Assembly: GCA_032718475.1 (NCBI GenBank)
Contig: JAUCBJ010005774.1
Coordinates: forward strand, 1-64,000
DNA: 64,000 nt
Direction: 5' to 3'
Source of the DNA: Nemertoderma westbladi
Lineage: Eukaryota; Animalia; Xenacoelomorpha
Under the pieces are notes generated by a model that had not been told where the DNA came from, did no database searches, and saw only the letters and a program-made list of their open reading frames with translations. Below are positions 24,301 to 39,300 of the stretch, in pieces (position 1 is the first letter of the stretch; the number at the start of each line of letters is the position of its first letter). The position numbers were made by a program, and so were the translations under genes.

Positions 24301-27300
24301 TAGAATGTAAAGAACTGTGAATGATGAATGTAATCCAGTTACGAGACTTTTAAAAGGATTTAACGTAAAATTCCGGGTTGGCAATAGCAAATAACAAAAA
24401 AAGGTATTGGCGGTTAACAGCCTCTCCTGTCAAGGATAATATCTATAAGGCAGTGATAGCGCCACACTAACTCCCAAGGGTTAACACTCATTCCTTTACT
24501 CCCCCAGCAGAAGCAGCAAAGTCCACCTTGTACTGCCGGATCTAAAGAGTCTTATTACTTCCGGACACAACATGTGTAGTAAATAATACTAAATATAATA
24601 TAATATTAATTAAATAATTAAATGCTAATAATAATTAAATACTTTAAACTCGAAGATATTAAATAATCGCACCTGAACTGAGCGTAACCGCTCGCAATCT
24701 CCAATATAGAGTAATAATCGTTGACCCGATGGTACAGGAGATAGCCGTCGGAATGGCGGGTTCGGATGTTCGCCTTGAAACGGAACGGCTCCGAGACGGA
24801 CAGCCGACCCCGCAGTAGGTAGGCGAGGTAACTCCGTCCCGCGAAGGTCATCGGTTTGTCGACCTCCAGAGCCCCCTCGGTGCAGCCCTCGCAGCCCGGG
24901 CCCTGGCGGGCGCAACCCAGACCGAAGCGCCCATCCGGGCACTGGCACCGGTACGATACGTACTCCTCGGCGACGCAGACCTAAGCGGAATTATATAAAT
25001 ATACAGAACGGGAAAAAAAGTAAGACATATAGGGTAGTAAGAGTCGTAAAGTAGTACTTTATTGAGTTAGTAATCGGTAAGTTTTATATAAAACTCTGGA
25101 AGAAAAATTTAGTTATTGCATTCCCGAGTCATATTGTGTATTTGTAATCCTGGCCGTTTTAGAAGCACTCCCGGGGCAAAGTACGATGTTGTAGACAGAT
25201 TAAACAAATTAAATTGACGGGTGCAAATACACAAACACTGTCAGACACTAAATAAATTATTGTAACTCACTCACATCCTGATGTATGCAGGTTAAACGGG
25301 TTACTTAATAAAAAATAAACAGGTTACAGTTGCAGTGTTTTTTAACCAAAACAATAAACGATACTCAATAAAGATTACATTGTCGATATAATAATACACC
25401 AATCACTGGAAAGGAACGGGTTAGAGTGCCGGTGTTCCTTCATGCCTTCCTTCTCTTCCTCTCTCCTAGTATTTTTTCCCGGGAATGGGAAATACAGTAA
25501 ACTTCACATGTGCCTCACTCAGCATGGACAACATAAAAATATATTTATTTACTTTTAGATAAAATATGTTTTTCTTATTCAATGATTCGTAATCGTCACC
25601 GCAAAAAATCTACAATTACCTTTCGAAGATTTTTGCCCTGGGGATATTTCTCTGTTGGGTGATTACTATCATACAGACGGGATCACTAATTATACTCCTA
25701 CGCTATGGGTCACCTGTACCTACGTGGCTCGCCCCACACCACCATAGCCGATATGGAAGTCTCGACGATATAAATCAACTTACCTTGGGACTCGGACACG
25801 GGTTCGGAAAGCACACGAGTTCATCGGGACTTCGACAGGAACTTCCTCTCGCTCCTTCCTTATCGTCGCACTCGCAACGAGGAACGCGGACGTGGCGCAG
25901 CGACGTAAACGAGAGTTTCGCGGAGCTGAACACGGCGATGGATCCCCGGTCGAGGGTGACCCGGGTCCGACAGCGCTCGTCGGAGCCGGCGCAAGGGGCC
26001 GAACCGTCGCAGAGGTCCGCGTCGACCCGGGACACGACGTACCCGAGGGAGGAACTCAACCCGCGGCGACGCGAGATGATCTTCCGCCGGAGTTCGGTCG
26101 CCGGTAGGTAAACCCCGTCGGCGCCGCGGACAGCCAATAGCAGCTCGAGGCGGGAACCGGTCTGAAGGGAAGTAGAGATTGTAAATAGTAAATATATCAA
26201 CAATAAATTATAAAAGTTATATGGCAATAATAAAAATGAAGGATAAAAAGTAGCACTAAATTCTAAGAAGAATTTAACTTATTTTTAACATCGCCATTAG
26301 GAGACTTGGGGGCGGGTGGGGGGAGGGGTGTATTGACGCAGATTCCATCTCGGCGAATTAATATATCGTCTCTACGTATGAACAATGTTAACTTCTCTCT
26401 TAAATGGGGGGGGGGGGGGGGGGGGGGCATCGAAACGCATCCCGCAGCATTCAGGAGACATAAACTTGTTAAATTAAAAGGTTTCAGACTAAGATCATGT
26501 TCAAATCGCTACACTCACAGATAACTCTCATGTGTCAGAAGTCATCATTAACCTTTAAAAAAACGTGATTGAATTGGAATCGAGTTCGAGAAGTGAATTT
26601 CGAATAGCTTTCCTAAAACAACAAAACTTCACGTCCCATAAATGAACTGCGGGCTCCTTTAATAACTTTTTAAAATAATAGTTTATTGATATTGGTGTAA
26701 CTACACTAGACAAATTCAATTTGACCAATGGAATAATAAATATAGTATTCCATGGTAAAAAAAAATATTATCAAAAGCAAAAATTACAATTCACCCAATA
26801 AATGGCTACGTCGCAGAAAGGCTCTGAAAATATATAAACGAATCATTCGTATCTTGGCACTTGGCAACATTACTACCCGAAAGGTTACTATTCTTTTAAC
26901 TAACTGGCTGTAGTTTTAACATGAACAATTGAATTATTAAGTCGTCGTACCAAGTTTAGTGAGTACCAAGATCAGGCCATGGCAAAATCCTCTATTATAC
27001 GAAAGAATGTAAAGTTGAGATTCGGTCGTACATCATTGTGGTTTGAATTTCCCGCCAAACACCAACGACTGGAATCATATAACTGATCAGTCTGTACAGT
27101 AACGAGTACAATGATATTGTTCTAAAAGACAGCCGGTTGAAGATATGAATCGTGATGATCAGCCATTGGGAACTGCTGAAAGACACTGATATTGATAACG
27201 GAGATGCATTGTAGATTTACATTAGTTTATCGCGAACCGTGGAGCTGTTAGTTGCGCTGTACAGACGGACGTCCAACAATGAATCCTGGGGGTGAGGCCG

Positions 27301-30300
27301 ATTAGCAATATTGTGAATTAATTAAATTGAAATAGATTCCGAATATTTTCACCCACCTGCTGGATACTCATCACATTAACATCGCTGTCGTAGCGACTCC
27401 CTAGTATTTCTCGGAGTTCGTATATAAACTGATCGTACTTAGAAGATATGAACTCCTCTCCATGTAGATCCGCCATGTGGATGGTAACAGAATGTTCTAA
27501 ATCTTCAGCCGTCACCAGAATTACCTTCACAGTTACTTCCGCTTTAGCAGTGAATTTCCCTGTGAGTTAAAGTAATCAGTGAATAATATAATTAATTGAA
27601 ACTTAATTTTTTGAATTAAAAAAAAAGTCAACTTTTCTTCGACCTGTTAGGCTTATGGCCATTACGCAATGTCTTACGACTTATTTTTGGAGCTACCCCC
27701 CGGAACTATACTCCCCAGAGGGAAGTGGTACTCATACCAATTAAGGAATAAAGACAAAGATGCGTGCTGACGAGTCTCTTTAAAGCATTCGTGTTGCAAC
27801 TAAAACTCCCCTGGCACCCAATGCGGGGATCGAACCCACGACCTCCGGAGAGACGATGTGAATTCAAGGATTTAACGACAACGCCCAGGTGGGACTACAT
27901 AATATTCCTAATTAAATAAAAACGATAATGATGACAAGCTAATTGAAGTAACTAAGTGAAATATATTTAAAGATAAAACTGACCGTCAGTAACCGTGGCA
28001 GTGATCCTGTAGGACCCGTCATCCAACTCGACTAGGGGTACCACCGCCCCTCCAGTTGTTACGGTCATCAGGTTTTTCTCCCCGTCTAGCCCGTATATCA
28101 GGGTATCGTACTGGTCCCTGTCCGTGCCGACCACGTGGCCAATGGTCGCGCCTCGCGGGAAGGTAGCCAACGAGGTCACCGCCATGATCTGGTGGGGCTG
28201 TAGGATGGGCGGGTACTTCGATTGTGTTACCACGGTAACGGTGACAACAGTCGAGGATGATAGAGGAGGTGTTCCTGGGTAAATTTGCGAAGAAAAGTAA
28301 AGTAAAGCTAGCTGCACTGAATAAATCATAGTGTAAAGTTTTTCACTAATTTTCTTATTTTCTCAATAACTAACTTTCTTTTTGGCGAATAAATAGTTAT
28401 TAACAAAAAAAAAACCTTTTTTACTAATTCCAGAAAATTCGTGAAAAATATCATTTTTTTCAAGTAATCATTGATCAGGTGGAATAAGAACGCAGGGAAA
28501 CATAAATAGATGGGAAAAATACAGGAAAATTTCTGTTTATTTTAATGAAATTCAGATTGTTTCTAAACATATAAAGAATTTAGATGAATTCCGGACATTT
28601 CCAGGGCATCAGGATAATGGCGGGAAGTTTTGACTTTGAAATAAAAATAGACTACAATAATTACGAACCTGAGTCTGTTACCATCACTTCGATCGTGTAC
28701 TCGGTCCCCGCAGACAGCTGTTGTCTGAGTTTCAGTACCGGTCCGCGGGAAGGGAAGAAGAACAAGGACTGTCCCGGTTTATTGGTGATACTGAAAGTAA
28801 ATGGACCCGAGTTGCTAGGTCCGTCCCCATCGACCACATATAGTTTCAGTACATCATCACCTGGCCGGCTGAAAAACAATATAATTGCTGAGTTTATAGT
28901 AATAGTAAATAAATAGCGACCCACTATTTTTGAAATTGTCAAAATTGTACGATCATATCATGTGCCGAATTTAATGGCGATTTCAAATCTGCAAGAATCT
29001 TTCTCATATCTTTTCTCAAACTCGAGTTATTACCCAAAACGTAAGTTTTTATAAGCGCGACATTTTCAATTAATTGGGCATTTTCACCAAAATGGCGCCC
29101 AAAGTAGATATGAACAAGGAACATAGATTCAAAATTATGCTTGTCTCTAAGGCTTTCGAGCAATTTGAGCTAAAAATGCGTTGGGGCCATTCAAAGAAGA
29201 TCCAGTTCACTATTTTAAAGATAAGGGAGATTAATGGGCATTAAAATTAGTTATTTTTTACTTTTTGTCATTATTGAGTTAAATAGGATAAATACGATTA
29301 TTTACTATGTAATAGTCAATGAGAACATTGAAGAACAAACTGAGCAACAAACTGATTAGTACTTATATATGTGACATCATATATGCTCAATGTTTAACAG
29401 ACATACCAAAAATTATGTTGTTGGAGTTATTTGTATCTGGTAGCGCCAGACTGATGTGTTAATAATGGGTTCGATCCCGGTACAGGTTCAATTAATTTTG
29501 TCTCTTATTTGTTAAAGTAACTTTTGAGGGCCCCTCAAAACAACTACCTACCTCTATAAAGAGGCAGTTTAGTTACAAGGATAATAACCACATTGACCCA
29601 CGGAAGTATTTTTAAACTGAACTGGAAGTATTTGCAGACAAAATCATCAGCAGAACGATCAGAATAAACTTTACTTACCGGTCCTCCGGTAGCGTAACGG
29701 AATAGTTACTCCGCGTAAACAGCGGTGGGTTGTCGTTAACGTCGGTAACCGAGACCGATACGATCGCCGTCGTCTCCATGGCGACGGGAATCCCGCCGTC
29801 GGAGGCGACAACCGCGAGTCGGTAGACCCCGGCGGCCTCGCGGTCGAGCGGAGCGGCAACGCGGACCCGCCCGGAGCGCGGGTCTACGCGGAAGCGACTC
29901 GGGGCGGGATCCCCTGAGGCGATACGGTACCGGATCCCGTCGTCCGCGGCGATCTCGTCTCCACTTTCGTCCATGGCGATCTCGTCTCCACTTTCGTCCA
30001 TGGCGATCTCGTCTTCACTTTCGTCCACGGCGATCTCGGCTCCACCCTTGTCCGTGGCAATCCCGTTAGTTGTGAACCCGTCCGCATCGGTTGCGCGAAC
30101 CGTGGCCACCGTCGTACCGATCGCCACGTCTTCCGAAACAACGGCCTCATACAACGGCTGACTGAACCGCGGCGCGTTGTCGTTGACGTCTAACAGTCGG
30201 ACGGTTACGGGAGCCTCCTCGCTGAGTGGAGGGGAACCACGGTCGGTTGCCCGGACAACCAGGGAGTACACCGAGTTGGTTTCGTAGTCGACTGGAAGCC

Positions 30301-33300
30301 GAGTTGATATAATACCTGGGGAGAGAAAATGGTAAACTATACCAATAGTAAATGGTAAACTATACCAATAGTAAATGGTAAACTATACCAATAGTAAATG
30401 GTAAACTATACCAATAGTAAATGGTAAACTATACCAATAGTAAATGGTAAACTATACCAATAGTAAATGGTAAACTATACCAATAGTAAATGGTAAACTA
30501 TACCAATAGTCAAGGGTAAACTATACCAATAGTAAATGGTAAACTATACCAATAGGAAATAGTAAACTATACCAATAGTAAATGGTAAACTATACCAATA
30601 ACGTTCATAAAGTATATCACGCAAATTTTCCAGATTTCCGTATTGATTTGGCTCAAATTATACGTTTTTTTGCCAAAAAGTAACAATTCAAAAAAATTTA
30701 TTTTGTTTGCTATCACCTGGACAACAACTACTGTACGTCCATGTATGCCAAAATTAAATTGAGATATCAGATTCAATTATAACAAATATCTTTTGTCTGC
30801 ATGGACTGAGTGACTGTCCGACGGTCTGGTTTGTCTGGATGTGTCATGGTTTATCTTGATAAATAAAAGGAAAGCATACCACGACCTTCTAGCTAAGAGA
30901 TTTGCAATAAGGGGGTTTACCTGGTTGATTCCGATAAATACGGTATGTTTACGAGGTGAATTGGTGAATACATTTTGCTTGAATCGCAGTGATTCTAAAA
31001 ATAGATCTGACGCCATTCTTAATACGGGATATTATAGTTATATTACATAACTATATGATGATACTTATATATCATTAATGTAATTACGACAATATATGTC
31101 ACGACAATTATTAATTGCAATTATTATAATACTTGAGCTTATCCTAACTTGGCATAAAACGCCCCTTCATGGACTCTTAAAGGTCAATAACTCCTGGTTG
31201 GCATTACCGACTCGTCAATTCGGTCAGCCGTAAATCAAGATATTAAATATCCTGGCGGGAAATAATGTCATTATAATGAACCGCTGCGCCATTCGAGCGG
31301 AAATTATGTAAATGTTATAAATAAGTAATATTATATGTATTTGGTTGCTAAGCTGTTATTATTGGAATACAAAATAAATTATCGCTAAATATTAAATTAA
31401 TTAACTAAATTAATTAAATAAATAAAATATTTAATATTTCAGTGTTGGTTTGCACAAGAATTTTGTTGGCGATTAAACCCAAGAATTCATTTCGATTAAA
31501 CCAAAAAAAAAAGGGTTGTACAGGAGAGCTACACTGAAAAAAGTAAGTGCCGGTCGATTTTTTAACCATTGGTTATGGATAGGTACTTGCGGTAGTGATT
31601 GGTAAACCGGGGGTTAGTATGGATCATACAAAAATGGCTGGTAGTAACCTCCGGTTACGATATTAAACCGGCGGTTTAAGATATATTGGTTATATTACCT
31701 GAAACGAAACCTGTAGTCATTGCGGAATTTTGCATAGAAAGTGACGGTTGTATTAAAAAGGTGGTTATTAAATTTTCAAACTGGCGGTTCTTATTGATGA
31801 AAACATATAATTTTCAAACCGGCGGTTTTTATGAAATGTAAAAATGGCGGTTTTATTTTCAAACTGTTGGTTCTTGTTAATTAAACGCTTATAGTTTTCA
31901 AACCGGCGGTTTTTATGAAATGTAAAAATGGTGGTCTTATATTCAAACTGTCGGTTCTTGTTAACAAACACGTACGTAGTTTTCAAACCGGCGGTTTTTA
32001 TGAAATGTAAAAATGGTGGTCTTATATTCAAACTGTCGGTTCTTGTTAATAAACACGTACGTAGTTTTCAAACCGGCGGTTTTTATGAAATGTAAAAATT
32101 GTGGTCTTATATTCAAACTGTCGGTTCTTGTTAATAAACACGTACGTAGTTTTCAAACCGGCGGTTTTTATGAAATGTAAAAATGATGGTCTTATATTCA
32201 AACTGTCGGTTCTTGTTAATAAACACCTAAGTAGTTTTTAAACCGGCGGTTTTTATGAAATGTAAAAATGGTGGTCTTATATTCAAACTGTTGGTTCTTG
32301 TTAATTAAACGCTTATAGTTTTCAAACCGGCGGTTTGTATGAAATGTAAAAATGGCGGTTGTATTTTCACAATTGCCGGTTTTTACTACACATACAAAGA
32401 ACCCTAAGTTGTGTAATTCAACTGGTAATGCCGTTATTACTGTATTACAGAGGCGTGATATGATATAACTAATTTACAATAATGACTGCCAGTTTTTCAC
32501 AGAACCACAGATTTACAATAATGACTGCCAGTTTATCACAGAACCACAGATTTACAATAATGATTGCCAGTTTATCACAGAAGCACAGATTTACAATAAT
32601 GACTGCCAGTTTATCACAGAAGCACAGATTTACAATAATGACTGCCAGTTTATCACAGAAGCACAGATTTACAATAATGACTGCCAGTTTATCACAGAAC
32701 CACAGATTTACAATAATGACTGCCAGTTTATCACAGAAGCACAGATTTACAATAATGACTGCCAGTTTATCACAGAACCACAGATTTACAATAATGACTG
32801 CCAGTTTATCACAGAACCACAGATTTACAATAATGACTGCCAGTTTATCACAGAAGCACAGATTTACAATAATGACTGCCAGTTTATCACAGAACCACAT
32901 ATTTACAATAATGACTGCCAGTTTATCACAGAACCACAGATTTACAATAATGACTGCCAGTTTATCACAGAAGCACAGATTTACAATAATGACTGCCAGT
33001 TTATCACAGAAGCACAGATTTATAATAATGACTGCCAGTTTATCACAGAAGCACAGATTTACAATAATGACTGCCAGTTTATCACAGAACCACAGATTTA
33101 CAATAATGACTGCCAGTTTATCACAGAAGCACAGATTTACAATAATGACTGCCAGTTTATCACAGAACCACAGATTTACAATAATGACTGCCAGTTTATC
33201 ACAGAAGCACAGATTTACAATAATGACTGCCAGTTTATCACAGAACCACAGATTTACAATAATGACTGCCAGTTTATCACAGAACCACAGATTTACAATA

Positions 33301-36300
33301 ATGACTGCCAGTTTATCACAGAAGCACAGATTTACAATAATGACTGCCAGTTTATCACAGAAGCACAGATTTACAATAATATAACTGCCAGTTTATCACA
33401 GAAGCACAGATTTACAATAATAACTTCCAGTTTATCACAGAACCACAGATTTACAATAATAACTGCCAGTTTATCACAGAACTACAGAATTACAATAATG
33501 ACTGCCAGTTGTTTATCACAGAACCACAGATTTACAATAATGACTGCCAGTTTATCACAGAACCACAGATTTACAATAATGACTGCCAGTTTATCACAGA
33601 ACCACAGATTTACAATAATGACTGCCAGTTTATCACAGAACCACAGATTTACAATAATGACTGCCAGTTATCACAGAACCACAGATTTACAATAATAACT
33701 GCCAGTTTATCATAGAACCACAGATTTACAAACTAATAACTGCCAGTTTGTATATGTAAATATAAAAAGTAAATATATATAATCAAAACATAATTTTAAA
33801 TTATTAATTAAACTTGGTTAAAATTAATTAATTTATATAAATTAATTGAAATGAATTATCTAATATGGCTGAAAAGAAGACAAATGATATTAAAATTAAT
33901 AATCAAAACACTATTTTGTTGATCATCAACTAAAATTAATTAGGATATCCATAATTCTAAATGAATTTAATATTTTCCTATATACTTAGCCGTGTGTATC
34001 CAATGTGTATGTAGAGTAATTGTATGCATTGGCCATAGGCCGTAAGCGTAGGGTAGGGTGTAGGGATTAGATAAGGCTTTCACCCCCTCCCCCCATATCT
34101 CCATGTTGTAACATTGAGCTTCATGTGTGCCCTGAATGTCCTGTGCTCCTAACCAAACATTATTTTTTTGATAACCACAGGTTTATAAGTTTCTTTTGCT
34201 CTTTATAACCACAGGTTAGTACGTTTTAACCGTGGGTTTTTCTTTTATAACCATTGGTTATAAATAAATTAAAGCTTCAGTTTATTAAAATTACCGCCAG
34301 TTTTCTCAAATAAAACCGCCAGTTGACTGTTAATTAAACGGCGGTTTCGTAAAAACTAGTTTATTTGGTTGCCGTTTTACCTGTGGTTTTTTGAGAAAAC
34401 CGGCAGTTTTAAATAGTTGAAACGCCAGTTACCAGCAGTAAACCATAGGTTAATAAATGCCGATTAAGTATTCGACCGGGAATTTGCGTTAAACCAGAAC
34501 CTGAGGTTACAGAAACCGGCAGTTCCTTGCGATAAAAAATACCAGAGGTTTTACAACGCATTTTTAGGTTCTAAACAACTGGGGGTTATGGAACCGCCGG
34601 TTTTACGAGAGATAATCAACCCCCGGTTTGCACAACTGCCAGTTCTTGGCAACGTTTATTTACCGCCGGTTTGTAAAAACAACCTGCGGTGGTTTTCGTT
34701 GCAAAACAACCCCAGGTAGTTCTTGCAAACCGGCAGTTTTTTAACAAAATACCACCACTTACTTTTTTCAGTGTACAGGAGCTACAACCTCTATGAACGT
34801 ATTATAGTTCTAGCAGAATCAACAAACTGCTAACCGAACTTATAGCCAATAAACACAGGTATTACATATTTTTAACAAAAACAAATAATATATTTCGCTT
34901 TTTATGCCTCAACTACCAACAACGATTCGTATGAAGGCATATAAACTGTAGTATTTGTGATTGAGCCTAAAACTTATGGTTTATAATAAATACTTGTCTC
35001 GGCTGATGAGGAGTTAATACTCATTTATACCCAGCTGCCAATAACAAAAAGACGATAATTATTTATGTAATACTGTAAATATAAGATACATAGAGAGCTA
35101 GGGACAACGCAGATATTATACAATATCGGTCCTTACAGATATAATGGCAGCTTGGGGTCATCTGATAAAACTTCTAGAAGGTTAAACATTTCGAAAGGGT
35201 AACTAACCACTTCGAACAGGTTCAATATTGTGTATAGTGAAAGTGAAGTAAAAACAATCCCTTCAACATTATACAGCAGTCTGGCATTTGTCAATAACGA
35301 GGGTGTCCCTTCGCATCTAAATTTTGTCTTTCATATTTTACATAATGCACATAAATTCAAACGATGTTGTACACTCAGAAAACGCTCAAAAATACTAAGT
35401 TGTGTGCACAAAATCTGAAATGTTCTACGCTCAAAATTATAAGTTGAGATTGAGATAATTTATTGCACAATAATAATTGTCGACAGTGTAAGTATACAGA
35501 CAGACATACCGGTAATATTGCAATTAATATAAATACTGCATTTTATGGTTAAAACTTACCTTTATAAAAAAATTGTATTCCAAAATTGTAACATTGCTCA
35601 ACGCCGTTAGTATTAACAGCGAGTTTTTATTTAGGGTTACAGGACAAGTTGTATCCAGACAAGTTGTATCCAGACAAGTTGTATCCAGACAAGTTGTATC
35701 CAGACATCTTGTATCCAATTTTCCTGGATACAACTTGTCTTCCAAAAAAAGGACAAGTTGTATCCCGGCATAAAAAAATTGCTAAATAATTTCACAGTTG
35801 AATTATAAACTATTCTTATAATTTTCATTAATACTGTAGTTAATAAACATAATATACAATACACATAATAATACATGATAACATTGTTACTAAAACTAAA
35901 CTAAAACGTTACACAAAGTTATTAGCCAAAATGTTACACGGAGTTATTTGAAGTCCTTGTCCATTTCAGAGTCACTTACGTTGATATTTGAAAACAATGA
36001 CTTTCTTCTCTTTAATAACTCTATGTTCTCGCCGACACCAATGAGAAAGCTCTCCACAGTGCGCTGTTGGTTGGTAATCTCAGTGCAGAGCGTTTTTATG
36101 CGTCTATCAAATGTTTTAGATTCTAAAGTTTCTCGACGTGGCTCTAGCTGTCCAACTGCGGCCCGAGCAAGTTGACATTGGACATCAGCATCTTTCGCTT
36201 TTAGAGCATCAATAAGTTTCCACACAGAAGGGTGCTTACTTCCTATAATGGTAGAAATATCACGATTAACAGCCTCGGAAGCATTGTTAGTTCTGCCAAA

Positions 36301-39300
36301 GTCATTTAATGTGGCTGCATGAACATTCCACTTCTCAACTGCAAATAAGGGTCCCGCAGAACGTATCTTCGAGACAAGGCCATTGCTGTCGCTACGAATA
36401 CGTCGAGGTCCACTCAGATAGGTTCGGTCGAAGTAGGTTAACAGTTCGGCGCCTTCCCTGGGGGCAATGTCTTGTATTATGCGGAACCCATCTTTCACTT
36501 TATCTGTTGGCAGCAAAGCAAGTGAAGAAATCTTGGAGGCCCATAACCTAAACTCCAAATTGGACTGATAGTGAGATTTCAATCCAAGCTCTTGAATGCG
36601 CTTGTTAATCGCTTGCCGGAGATGGAAGTAACAGAAAACAAACGTCACACTGTCGCCGAAAGCCGCAATGATTGCGTTGTGTGCCGCCTTCTCAAAGTCC
36701 ACGTGGACAACCGAAGGTGAAGCCCCTTGCATGGCGATCACATTGAATAACTCCGAGTAAGTAGTTTCTGTTTTGCGTTCGAGAAATGCATAAAGCAGTG
36801 GCAGCATACGAGTGTACACCTTGGCACAGACTATATATAACTGGTAAAACGGTTTGGGAGCGATTGCAAATGTGCCATCAACTCCCCATTCTGACGAACT
36901 ACGTAGAAATTTCATAGATTCATCGGTCCAGAATACCACAATTCTCTCATCAGCATTGACACCATTGTCATATTGGAGGAACTTTCCTCCATTATCTGAA
37001 GTTATAAAATCTATGATGGAGTCACCATGGAATGAGAGTTCCTTTAGTGATTTCGGATCCGGGGGAAGGTAGCGTGATCTTACACGACGTATCTGCCGCA
37101 GCAGTGATGAACGTTGCGGCAAACTGGTGTGCAACTTTGAATCAAGATCCCGAAGTGAGGAACAATAGATTTGGGTGGGTTTGGTATGGGATGATGAGGC
37201 CTGGTCCGCTATTCTCTGTCGGAATGCTGACAATTCCACAATCGGAGAATCGATACAGTTATGGGGATTACTAGTAATGACTTCGGTTGAGTGTGGAGTC
37301 AATGTCTTTACGGAACCAATACAGTGGGGTCGTTTGGTACAAACCCACATTTCAGACCCATCCTTGTTGGTTTTCCGTTTGGAATACATTTTGCCATCAT
37401 GGCAAAGTTTAGAATTACCGTGTATAGTTTTTTGATACACGGCCATGGAGTTTTTTGATACAAGGAAGAATGTATTGGTACAATAACTAAAAATTAATTA
37501 ATTAAAATGTAATTTACAAATTGAACATATAATCGAGATCGCTAAAATATTAAACTGTTACTACATGGATTTACAGTTGATATTCATGATGCAGTGTCAT
37601 TTGTTTGACCTCCTCTACATATTCATGATGCAGTGTCATTTGTTTGACCTCCATTACACAATGCTATTAAAGTGAGAAATCCTGATTGGAGAAAGAAAGA
37701 AATGCTCTGAACTAATTAATCGTATAATGTACGTACAGTATTATGATTATGGATCGCCTAGTTAATTATATTATTCAATAGGATAGAATTACAGTTAATT
37801 TACAACGTAAATAAGTTGGATACAACATGTCCGAAAATCGGGATACAAAATGTCCTTTTGTAAGCTAAGAATAGGAAATTGGATACAACTTGTCTGGATA
37901 CAACTTGTCTGGATACAACCTGTCCGTTTACCTTTATTTAGCACTTTACAACTTTAGAGGACATTACAGCATTGTATTGGCCTATACGTTTAGTATTGAA
38001 TTTGGTGTTATTGTTTACGTGGTAACCCATGACGGCGTTAAGTAATGCCCACTACGGGGACATTACTTAACGCCGTCATTGGATACCACGTAAACAATAG
38101 GTGGAAATTTGCCTGACAGCCAGATAGGCCTACTGCGTTACCTACCGGTAGGCGGGGTATAGCTATTAAACCAGTAGGGCCTAGCTATATTATTATAACA
38201 TGGCTCCAAACGCCACCATAAATTTTGACGGTCTGAGTGACCCTGTAAAGCATTCTAAAAGCTAAAAATATGTTATAACCATTAGTCAAACAGAGAGTCC
38301 ATGTTTAAAATGTTAAAATAAAACTAAAAACATCACGCAGTTACTTCAATATCAAAAAAACAAATGGACCGATCAAGAACTAAGTTGTGGGCACATAATA
38401 CTACATTGTGGGCTCAAAATATTAAATTGTGTTTAATTGTTTTAATTATTAATAATAAATGTAATATTTTATTCGATAAAAAGATACATAACCATAATTA
38501 GTAACATTTAGCGTCTGAATAAGTAACACATCGCCTTACTCACAATGAAACCGAAAGTAATTTATGAATCTCTAGCTGATTGTTCTGAGATTCTTCCTTC
38601 CTTCGGAGAAGGTATTCGTAAAGAATTTTGTCTGGCGTTTAACGAAATGACTTTCTGTAACCACGGCTCCTATGGTGTCTGCCCTGAACGAGTCCTCAAT
38701 TATAAAAATCAGCTGATTGATTTAATGGAGAATCGACCTGATTGTTTTTATCACTATGGTAATACATGCCGCGACCTATATGACGATTCTTTAGAAAGAA
38801 CTGCCTCGTTTCTTAATTCCGACAAAAAAGACGTCGTTTTTGTAGCCAACACTACTACTGGAATCAATACAATTCTGAGAAGTATACCGCTGGATTTCAA
38901 TAGTGTAATATTGATGCAATCATACACATATGCATCCACGGCCTGTACTATAGATGAAGTAGCTCTCAAACACCATGCGGACGTTACTAAATTAGATGTC
39001 CATTTACCAATCAAATCCGAAGAGGAAATCGTAGACCTTTACTACAAGACGTGCTCCGATAACAGATCTATAACAGTTGTAGTATTGGACTACATCAGTA
39101 GTTGTTCTGCGATTTTATGGCCGGTGGTCAGAATCGCTGAGGCTTTAAGGGAGTTGAACGTGGTCATTGTAGTGGACGGAGCTCACAGCCCCGGACAAAT
39201 ACCTGTAGACCTCAAAGAAATGGAAGAGGCTGGAGTTGATTTCTACGTTGGAAATTTACACAAGTGGGCGTTTGCGCCTCGAGGGTGCGCTGTCATGTGG

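Larger units (their letters stand above)
31532..34773. mobile_element. Non-autonomous CACT-type (CMC/EnSpm-like) DNA transposon
   Basis: ta|cactgaaaaaagtaagtg ... cacttacttttttcagtg|ta (18-bp TIR, 2-bp TA TSD); many aaaccggcggttt-like subterminal motifs; no ORF. Confidence 0.75.

Noticed and set aside
32469-33715. ORFs of MTASLSQNHRFTI repeats
   Set aside because: Produced by the 39-bp satellite inside a non-autonomous element.
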